Positions 1 to 6,022 of a stretch of DNA of 10,120 nt are shown in pieces. The notes under the pieces were generated by a model. That model was not told where the DNA came from and did no database searches. It was given only the letters and a program-made list of their open reading frames with translations. Position 1 is the stretch's first letter. Each line of letters opens with the position of its first letter. The stretch is taken from NCBI GenBank assembly GCA_964014485.1, contig CAXHAT010000247.1:1-10120 (forward strand), written 5' to 3'. The position numbers and the translations under genes are program-made. The DNA comes from an uncultured Deferribacteres bacterium. GTDB taxonomy: Bacteria > Zhuqueibacterota > Zhuqueibacteria > Zhuqueibacterales > Geothermadaptataceae.

Positions 1-517
1 AGAGCGGGCCTTCCGCCGCAACAAAGACCACGTCGCTGTTGCGCGGATCGACCAGGATTTTTCCAATGTGTTCGGAAGCTTTCAATCCCATGTTTTCCCA
101 GGATTTGCCGCCGTCGCGGCTGCGATAAACGCCGTCGCCCCAGCCGACATGTCTGCCGCTAACATTTTCACCGGTTCCCAGCCAAACGATGTCTGGATTG
201 TTCGGGTCGTAGGTCACGCAGCCGATAGAGTAGGAGGGTTGGTCGTCAAAAACCGGCGTCCAGGTGATTCCGGCGTTGGTTGTTTTCCACACGCCGCCGG
301 AGCCAACCGCGACAAACCATTCGGTTTTGTCAACCGGACTGACCGCAATGTCAGCGATGCGGCCGCCCATCAGCGCTGGGCCGATTTCCCGGAGCTTGAG
401 ACCAGCAGCGGCTTTGGCTAAATCATCATTTTCAGCAGGTTGGGCAAAGTTGTTTGAAGAAAAAAGGAAAATGACTGCGGTGAAAATAAACTGGCGGGTA
501 AGGCGGATCGTTTTCAT
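1..517 (-). CDS. Secreted BNR/Asp-box repeat (VPS10/sortilin-like beta-propeller, 'glycosyl hydrolase') protein, N-terminal part; truncated by the window edge
   Basis: Hand translation from ATG at 517 is open to the edge: MKTIRLTRQFIFTAVIFLFSSNNFAQ (signal-peptide-like) ...LREIGPALMGGRIADIAV...GSGGVWKTTNAGITWTPVFD...SIG...DPNNPDIVWLGTGE...GDGVYRSRDGGKSW...HIGKILVDPRNSDVVFVAAEGPL. Two Asp-box motifs (S/T-x-D/N-x-G-x-T/S-W). Not in the ORF track because there is no stop in the window. Confidence 0.9.
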   Translation of the reverse strand, partial: MKTIRLTRQFIFTAVIFLFSSNNFAQPAENDDLAKAAAGLKLREIGPALMGGRIADIAVSPVDKTEWFVAVGSGGVWKTTNAGITWTPVFDDQPSYSIGCVTYDPNNPDIVWLGTGENVSGRHVGWGDGVYRSRDGGKSWENMGLKASEHIGKILVDPRNSDVVFVAAEGPL

Positions 518-544
518 GGCATTTCCATTTTGTAGAATTAAGGG

Positions 545-716
545 CTGATGTTACGCGCCAGCTTCATAATACAGCAACCTTTTATCAACGTCATTCTACG
601 GATGCGCATTGCCGTCAACCAAATTTCGAGCCCATCTTCATTCCCAAACCGGAGTTTGGGAATGAGCCGCTGTTTGTGGTTGAGTCTCGGAAATGCTTTG
701 CTGTGCGTAACATCAG
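545..716. mobile_element. MITE-like element, family A copy 1 (172 bp; inverted relative to copies 2 and 3)
   Basis: Perfect 12-bp TIRs CTGATGTTACGC (545-556) / GCGTAACATCAG (705-716). Flanking direct repeat TTAAGGG (538-544) / TTACGGG (717-723). The first 19 nt (CTGATGTTACGCGCCAGCT) equal the reverse complement of the right end of copy 2. Internal hairpin TCATTCCCAAAC-CGGA-GTTTGGGAATGA (638-665). Confidence 0.8.
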
Positions 717-930
717 TTACGGGAATCTTTACTCTAAAATATTAGCGTAGACAAGCGCTTTCCCAAAGGCATTTTTTACAAAATTTTGCCGTCCGTCCAA
801 TCCCGCATAAAAAATGGGCAAAACGCTTCCAAGCCAAAGCGTTGGCGTTCTTCTTCCGCGAAATGCTTGATCTTGTCGGTGGAATCTCTTTATTTTCTTT
901 GCGGGCGTTCGTAAATAAACAGAGAATTCC

Positions 931-1545
931 ATGTTTGAAAAAATTGAAAACTCGGTCTACCGCTTGCACCCCGGTTTTGCGATGGAAGCGCGTGTGCTGA
1001 AAAACATGAAGGACAAGACCGGGAAAAATCTGCAGGAATGGCTGGAGTTTGTTGCGACAAACGGGCCTGCAGCGGAAAAAGACCAGGCGTTGTGGCTGAA
1101 AAACGAGATGGCGCTTGGAACGAATTACGCCAAGTTCATTGCTCAACGCGCGGCGGGAAAGGGCGGCGCCGAAAATTATCGTCCTGATGAATTGGTCGCG
1201 ACGCAGTATGCCGGGAAGAAGGAAGGGCTGCTGCCTGTCTATGACAAATTGCTCGAGCTTGCTCTTGCCTTTGGCGAAGACGTGAGCGCTTGTCCGGCCA
1301 AGACTTTCGTTTCTTTGTATCGGAAGCACGTTTTTGGGCAGATTAAAGCGACGACGCAAACAAGAATCGATCTTGGGTTAGCGCTTAAAAATGCGGATCC
1401 AGGTGAATTGCCGGAGACGTTGATTGATACTGGCGGGCTGGAAAAAGGCGACCGCATTACGCACCGTTTTGCCGTTTCAAGCCTTGTCGACATCACCAGT
1501 GAGGTGACAGACTGGCTGCGCCGCGCATACGATTTGGACGCTTAA
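931..1545 (+). CDS. DUF4287/DUF5655-type protein of unknown function
   Basis: 204 aa. N-terminal KTGKNLQEW...WLK.E..LG..YA motif; C-terminal P.KTFVSL.RK..FG.IK..T.TRIDLGL...THR..V....DI..EV..WLRRAY. Both recognised as these DUF families from memory. Confidence 0.75.
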   Translation: MFEKIENSVYRLHPGFAMEARVLKNMKDKTGKNLQEWLEFVATNGPAAEKDQALWLKNEMALGTNYAKFIAQRAAGKGGAENYRPDELVATQYAGKKEGLLPVYDKLLELALAFGEDVSACPAKTFVSLYRKHVFGQIKATTQTRIDLGLALKNADPGELPETLIDTGGLEKGDRITHRFAVSSLVDITSEVTDWLRRAYDLDA

Positions 1546-1590
1546 CCGTAGAAGTCGAATGCATTGGCTTTCGAAGTTTATGAAGCAAAA

Positions 1591-1704
1591 GGGCTGTCCA
1601 AAAATATGGTATTTTTAGGCGTGGAATAGTATATCGTAGGGGTTCAAAATTTTGAACCCCTACGATATGCTTCGCCTTCAGAAACCATGTTTTTTGCCGA
1701 CCCC
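1591..1704. mobile_element. MITE-like element, family B copy 1, carrying a GTAG-type REP palindrome
   Basis: Begins GGGCTGTCCAAAAATAT (identical to 3057-3073) and ends TTTTTGCCGACCCC. Aligns by eye end to end with 3057-3175. Confidence 0.65.
1631..1668. repeat. Perfect 38-bp palindrome, GTAG-tagged REP-like
   Basis: ATATCGTAGGGGTTCAAAA|TTTTGAACCCCTACGATAT; GTAG/CTAC tags at the foot of the stem. Confidence 0.85.
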
Positions 1705-1743
1705 ACTCCAAGCATGTAATTTAGAAATTTGAAAGAGGTTTCT

Positions 1744-2559
1744 GTGGCTTACGACATACAAGATTTCAAAACAGACGTTCTTGAAAAGAGCAAAGAACTT
1801 CCAGTGCTGGTTGATTTTTGGGCGGAATGGTGCGGGCCGTGCCGGGTTCTCGGGCCGGTTCTGGAACGCATTGCGGAGCAGCGAAAAGCTGATTTTCATT
1901 TTGCGAAAGTCAATACGGAAGCGCACACGGAAGTCGCGCAAGCGTACAAGATCATGAGCATCCCAAATGTGAAGCTGTTCATTGACGGCGAAGTCGTTGA
2001 TGAGTTCGCCGGTGCGTTGCCGGAGCATATGATCAATGCATGGCTGCAAAAAGCGTTGCCGAGCAAATTTCGCCGGGAATTGGCCGCAGCTGAAAATGCG
2101 GTTGCAAGCAATGACGTTGAAACGGCGAAAACGCTCTTGCAAAAAGTCGTTTCCGGTGAACCGAGCAATGAAAGGGCGCGCATTCTTTTGGCGAAGATCG
2201 TTTTGTTTGAAGATGCTGAGACGGCAAATACGCTCGTCACTGCAATTCAACCGGGAGCGGACCATTTTCAGGCGGCCGATTCCATCCGCGAGTTAGGCGA
2301 GTTGTTGGGCAAAACGAAAAATCCGAACGAACTGCCCGAAGGTGCGGGCAAAGAACATTTTTCGTTGGCGCTCACAGCTTTGAAGAATCAAAATTTTGAT
2401 CAAGCTTTGCTGAAGTTCATCGAAGCGATGGCTGCCGACCGACAGTTTCTTGATGACGGCGCGCGAAAAGCGTGCATCGCCATATTTAAGTTTTTGGGCG
2501 AAGATCACGCCCTGACTTTGAAACATCGAAAAGGCTTTAGCAGCGCGTTGTATATTTGA
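1744..2559 (+). CDS. cnoX: Thioredoxin-TPR chaperedoxin (CnoX/YbbN family)
   Basis: PVLVDFWAEWCGPC active site and cis-Pro motif SIP, followed by a TPR-like helical region and the C-terminus DDGARKA....F..LG.DH.LT...RK.FSSALY typical of YbbN/CnoX. Start placed at GTG 1744 after AGAGG, rather than TTG 1729. Confidence 0.85.
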   Translation: MAYDIQDFKTDVLEKSKELPVLVDFWAEWCGPCRVLGPVLERIAEQRKADFHFAKVNTEAHTEVAQAYKIMSIPNVKLFIDGEVVDEFAGALPEHMINAWLQKALPSKFRRELAAAENAVASNDVETAKTLLQKVVSGEPSNERARILLAKIVLFEDAETANTLVTAIQPGADHFQAADSIRELGELLGKTKNPNELPEGAGKEHFSLALTALKNQNFDQALLKFIEAMAADRQFLDDGARKACIAIFKFLGEDHALTLKHRKGFSSALYI

Positions 2560-2562
2560 ATT

Positions 2563-2958
2563 ATGCGAGTTTCTAAGAAACGAGCGCTTCTGCGCGGCGC
2601 CAGCAAGAAATGTCCGCACTGCGGCCTCGGCGATTTGTTTGAAAACCGATCACGGCTCCACGATTTGTGCTCGGTTTGCAAAATCAAATTTTTGCGTAAC
2701 AACGGTGATGCCTGGGCGTTCTTGCTCTTTTTTGACCGGGGCTTGTTTGTTCTGCCCATCGTGGCAGGTCTTTTTTTCGGTCTGCACGAGCGGGCGTTCT
2801 GGCTGTTCATCGGATTGGCGGTTGCACTGGTCGCATTTTTTATTTATACCACGCCAAATCGCTACGGCTTTTGCGTCGCCATTGACTATCTCACCAGAAT
2901 CCGCTTTCCTGATCCTTCCGATTTTATCCCTTCGAATACGAGCTCAAGCAAAGAATAA
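2563..2958 (+). CDS. DUF983-type membrane protein with N-terminal zinc-ribbon motif
   Basis: LRG...CPHCG.G.LF......CSVC followed by two hydrophobic segments. Starts 3 nt after the cnoX stop. Confidence 0.7.
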   Translation: MRVSKKRALLRGASKKCPHCGLGDLFENRSRLHDLCSVCKIKFLRNNGDAWAFLLFFDRGLFVLPIVAGLFFGLHERAFWLFIGLAVALVAFFIYTTPNRYGFCVAIDYLTRIRFPDPSDFIPSNTSSSKE

Positions 2959-3056
2959 CCACCCACTCCTTAGGAACAAACCCGCAGGCAACTTTTGATT
3001 CTCATTCGCTCCACTCTTCGAATTGGGTCTTTTTGAAGACCGCCGTCCCTTTCCTT

Positions 3057-3175
3057 GGGCTGTCCAAAAATATAACATTTTTATGGCGTCACATGGCACA
3101 TCGTGGGAGTTCAAGATTTTGAACCCATGCATATGGTATTCCTGCTATTCAGACGCCTTGTTTTTGAACAGCCCC
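3057..3175. mobile_element. MITE-like element, family B copy 2, with degenerate GTAG-type REP
   Basis: TIRs GGGCTGTCCAAAAA / TTTTTGAACAGCCC(C), 13/14 match. Core ATCGTGGGAGTTCAAGATTTTGAACCCATGC is a decayed version of the 1631-1668 palindrome. Confidence 0.7.
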
Positions 3176-3292
3176 AAGATTTTTATCAAACACGCCCTTG
3201 ACAACAAACCCGTCATCCAAATCAAACACTGAATCGTTTGGCTTTGTCGTTTCGCTGCGATGCTTTATTGCCGGGTACTTTCACTTAAAGAC

Positions 3293-3458
3293 CTGATGTT
3301 ACGCACTCTTGGAAATTTCCGAAACGGCGCTTTTGCGTCATTCCCGCGCAGGCGCACGCGGGAATCCAGGGGCGGTGCGCGATTGACTGGATTCCCTCCT
3401 GCGCGGGAATGACTTTAACAGGAGTTTCTTTGGTTTCATAGCTGGCGCGTAACATCAG
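3293..3458. mobile_element. MITE-like element, family A copy 2 (166 bp) with 8-bp target duplication
   Basis: Perfect TIRs CTGATGTTACGC (3293-3304) / GCGTAACATCAG (3447-3458). Perfect flanking direct repeat TTAAAGAC (3285-3292 and 3459-3466). Confidence 0.85.
3336..3413. repeat. Inverted doublet of CGTC-type REP / dRS3-like (ATTCCC-Nx-GGGAAT) palindromes inside A2
   Basis: CGTCATTCCCGCGCAGGCGCACGCGGGAATCCAG (3336-3369) and CTGGATTCCCTCCTGCGCGGGAATGAC (3387-3413). The second fits ATTCCC-N8-GGGAAT exactly. Confidence 0.85.
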
Positions 3459-3562
3459 TTAAAGACATAAAAATAAATGTTTTGACAAAAGCGAGCTGCT
3501 GGTATTAAAAAAAACGATGCTGTAGATGTATTGTGAAATAATTTAATGATCGATATAGTTTC

Positions 3563-3591
3563 TTGCGATTTTCCTGTTTGTACGCTACACT
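3563..3591 (+). promoter_or_regulatory. Candidate sigma-70-type promoter for the TPR lipoprotein gene
   Basis: TTGCGA-17 nt-TACACT, about 40 nt upstream of the ATG; AGGAGG Shine-Dalgarno at 3620-3625. Confidence 0.4.
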
Positions 3592-3630
3592 TTTAAGAAA
3601 CAACAATCAATCAATCCTGAGGAGGATGAC

Positions 3631-5085
3631 ATGATTCAATGCAAAAAAGTGTACTGGGCGCTGTTGGGCGTGATGTTGGCCGGGTGCGGTTCGTTCCAGG
3701 AAGAAACGCCAATTACGACGGCTTCAGAAGAAGCGCGCAAACTTTTTGTTAAAGGGCGCGACCTTTACGAAAAGCTTCGCGAAGACGAAGCGCGTGAATT
3801 GCTTTCAAAAGCCGTGGAATTGGACATGGATTTTGCGCTTTGCCATTATCATTTGGCGGAATGCGCGATCTCGACGATTGAATACGAAACGCATTTGAAG
3901 CTCGCGGTCTCGCTCGCTTCACACGTTTCCGACGGCGAGCGATTGATCATCGAATCGGCCAGAGCTTTGAAAGAAAACGATCACGAGAAGGCAACGGCAT
4001 TGCTGGAAGAACTCGTTGAACTTTACCCGAGAGACAAGCGCGCGTATAGAATGCTTGGCTATCTTTATCGCGGCGTCGATGAAGAAAAAGCCATCGCCGC
4101 TTACGAAACAGCGGTCAAATTGGATAAAAATTATGCCGCGGCGTACAACAATTTAGGCTATGCGCGACGGCGTGTCGGGGATTACGAGAAAGCAATCGAC
4201 GCCTTTAAAAAATATGCCAAGCTCCTGCCAAACGAAGCAAATCCGCATGACTCCATCGCCGATCTTTACAAGAAAATCGGACGTTACGAAAAAGCGATTG
4301 AGCATTATGAAAAAGCCGTCTCCTTGAATTCGGCGTTCATTTTTTCACAGCGGAAAATCGGTGAGAATCTGATTTATTTGGAGCGGTTTGAGCAGGCAAG
4401 AGAAGCATTGCAAGGCGCACTGGGCTTCGAATCGACGCCTTCCGCAAAATTGGCCACGCTGCGTTTGATTGCTCATTCTTACGTGTTTGAGGGAAAGCCA
4501 AACATGGCGCTTGCAAAGCTGGATGATGGCGTGGAAATGAGCCGCGCCGCCCTGCTGCCGGAATGGGAAAGCCATTTCTTGCAAGACAAAGCAATGCTGC
4601 TTCTGGATGGCGGTGAGTTCGAAGGGGCGCTAAAATGTCTTGAGGAAGGCAGAAGCTCTGTGATTTTATCTGAGCTATCGAGTGACTGGCAGGAGGAATT
4701 TTTCAACAAAACACTGTACCTGCAGGCGCTGACGAACGCCAAAGCCAAAGACTTCAAACGGGCCAATGCGATCACAGACCTTCTTGAAAGCCGCGTGGAG
4801 AATTCAAAAAATGCGGCGGACGCACGTCGATTGCAAGGACTTATGGGCGTGGTCTGCGCCGCCCAGGATTTGCACGACATCGCAATTATGCACTTTGAAC
4901 AAACCAACCAGGACGATCCGTACATCCTCTACCATTGGGCGCAATGTGAAGCACAATACGGCAATAACGACAAGGCGATTCCGCTCTTCCGCAAAGTTGC
5001 GGATTGGAACGAAGCGAGCATGGAATATGCGTTGGTTCGCAAGAAAGCCCAGAATGCGCTGAGATCGGAAATTCAGTCTGATTAA
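3631..5085 (+). CDS. Tetratricopeptide-repeat lipoprotein
   Basis: 484 aa. Lipobox LAGC (Cys19) after a basic and then hydrophobic N-terminus; multiple TPRs (AYNNLGYA...GDYEKAIDAFKKYAKLLPNEA; GRYEKAIEHYEKAVSLNS); strong RBS AGGAGG. Confidence 0.88.
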   Translation: MIQCKKVYWALLGVMLAGCGSFQEETPITTASEEARKLFVKGRDLYEKLREDEARELLSKAVELDMDFALCHYHLAECAISTIEYETHLKLAVSLASHVSDGERLIIESARALKENDHEKATALLEELVELYPRDKRAYRMLGYLYRGVDEEKAIAAYETAVKLDKNYAAAYNNLGYARRRVGDYEKAIDAFKKYAKLLPNEANPHDSIADLYKKIGRYEKAIEHYEKAVSLNSAFIFSQRKIGENLIYLERFEQAREALQGALGFESTPSAKLATLRLIAHSYVFEGKPNMALAKLDDGVEMSRAALLPEWESHFLQDKAMLLLDGGEFEGALKCLEEGRSSVILSELSSDWQEEFFNKTLYLQALTNAKAKDFKRANAITDLLESRVENSKNAADARRLQGLMGVVCAAQDLHDIAIMHFEQTNQDDPYILYHWAQCEAQYGNNDKAIPLFRKVADWNEASMEYALVRKKAQNALRSEIQSD

Positions 5086-5087
5086 AC

Positions 5088-5366
5088 CTGATGTTACGCA
5101 CTGCTTAATAAAGGAGCGGTTCAATCAAAAAATTGCTTCTGCGTCATTCCCGCGAAGCAGGCTGTTGCAGAATAGATTTTCCATAAGATCACGCCTAATA
5201 AAATTCGCGACAAAGCTACAGCGAGCTTCCCACGTGCAACTATATCGCTCATTCGCTTCACAAATTAAGGCCGCGATTGAGAAATTTTCTATTCTGCAAC
5301 AGCCTGCTCCGCGGGAATGACGATAACAAGAGTTTCTTCCGCTTTCTAACTGATGCGTAACACCAG
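5088..5366. mobile_element. MITE-like element, family A copy 3 (279 bp), with 6-bp target duplication and a nested insert
   Basis: TIRs CTGATGTTACGC (5088-5099) / GCGTAACACCAG (5355-5366), 11/12. Direct repeat TTAAAC (5082-5087 and 5367-5372). Subterminal homology to A2 (TAACAaGAGTTTCTT). Internal 35-bp inverted repeat 5142-5176 / 5288-5322 with 1 mismatch. Confidence 0.85.
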
Positions 5367-5402
5367 TTAAACGTAAAAAAACAATTCTCCAGCGATAAAC
5401 GC

Positions 5403-5441
5403 AAAAAGGGCGCTGCATCTAAAAAATGCAGCGCCCTTTTT
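5403..5441. terminator. Bidirectional rho-independent terminator between the convergent TPR gene and hsp20
   Basis: AAAAA-GGGCGCTGCAT-CTAAAAA-ATGCAGCGCCC-TTTTT; 11-bp perfect stem with A/T tails on both sides, 28 nt past the hsp20 stop. Confidence 0.85.
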
Positions 5442-5469
5442 GTTATGTAAAACGCCGAAGCGTGTGAGG

Positions 5470-5907
5470 TTACTTGATGCTGATTTCTACGGGCTTGGCT
5501 TTTTCGCTCTTGGGAAGCGTAACTTTAAGCAAGCCGTCAGCGAAAGCCGCATCAATTTTCTTAATGTTAATGCCGTCGCCCAGACGGAAGCTTCTTTCAA
5601 AGCTGCCGTAGGTGCGCTCAGTGCGGTGATAGTTTTTCTCTTCGACTTTTTCTTCCGATTTCTTTTCGCCTTTAACCGTCAAGTATCCGTCGTCGACGTT
5701 GATGGCAACATCTTCTTTCTTGACGCCGGGAAGCTCGAATGTGGCGAAGAAACTGTCTTTGTCTTCAGAAATATCGACGCGAGGGTTCCATGACTTCAGA
5801 GCTGCGGGCTCTTTATCGAAGGCGCCGAAGAATTCGTCGATAGCATTCCCAAAATCAGTGTTGAATCCGGTTAAATTGCGAATGGGGTCAAATTTTACGA
5901 GTCTCAT
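5470..5907 (-). CDS. hsp20: Small heat shock protein, Hsp20/alpha-crystallin family
   Basis: WNPRVDISE...ELPGV.KEDV.I.V....LTVKGEK...HRTERTYGSFERSF.L.......I.A.F.DGLL.VTLPK and C-terminal IXI motif (EISIK); RBS AGGAG. Confidence 0.96.
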   Translation of the reverse strand: MRLVKFDPIRNLTGFNTDFGNAIDEFFGAFDKEPAALKSWNPRVDISEDKDSFFATFELPGVKKEDVAINVDDGYLTVKGEKKSEEKVEEKNYHRTERTYGSFERSFRLGDGINIKKIDAAFADGLLKVTLPKSEKAKPVEISIK

Positions 5908-6005
5908 GATTATTCTCCTGTTTAATATTTTTATTGCGAAGTGCTTATGGTTTTCAAAGGTTCGCCCGATTGAGTCAGGCCGTTTTCGTTGACGCTCGAT
6001 ATCAT

Positions 6006-6022
6006 TTCAAGTTACGTGCCAA
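6006..6022 (-). promoter_or_regulatory. Candidate sigma-54 (-24/-12) promoter for hsp20
   Basis: Minus strand TTGGCACGTAACTTGAA: perfect TGGCACG -24 box with GG-N10-GA spacing; -12 box is TTGA instead of the consensus TTGC. Confidence 0.6.

Noticed and set aside
68..548. Plus-strand ORFs 68-421 and 264-548, and other alternative-frame ORFs in the track
   Set aside because: They are shadow frames of well-supported genes on the opposite strand or in another frame, with no recognisable motifs.
784..843. Short inverted repeats TTTTGCC/GGCAAAA and AACGCTT/AAGCGTT in the divergent promoter region
   Set aside because: The 7-bp arms are single-copy and expected by chance; no known operator recognised.
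2976..3212. 10-bp direct repeat AACAAACCCG on either side of B2 as a target duplication
   Set aside because: The copies lie tens of bases away from the B2 ends and do not abut any terminal inverted repeat.
545..5366. CRISPR array
   Set aside because: The repeats are dispersed inverted pairs, not regularly spaced direct repeats with unique spacers; no cas genes.
5081..5372. Integron attC interpretation of family A (AAC-N5-GTT ... AAC-N4-GTTAAAC boxes)
   Set aside because: The spacers are paired and of the wrong lengths, no extrahelical bases are evident, and A1 and A2 lack the outer AAC. The outer boxes are fully explained by target-site duplications. The flanked genes are not a uniformly oriented cassette array and no integrase is present.
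3023..5418. Short intergenic ORFs 3023-3232 and 5125-5418 (also 548-745 and 1493-1711) as transposase remnants or small proteins
   Set aside because: They run through palindromic elements, have no clear RBS, and show no DDE or HUH motifs.
5908..6000. CIRCE, HAIR or ROSE element in the hsp20 leader
   Set aside because: Only half-sites are present (TAAGCACTT on the minus strand; TTGAGT on the plus strand) with no matching partner at the required spacing, and no anti-SD stem is evident.
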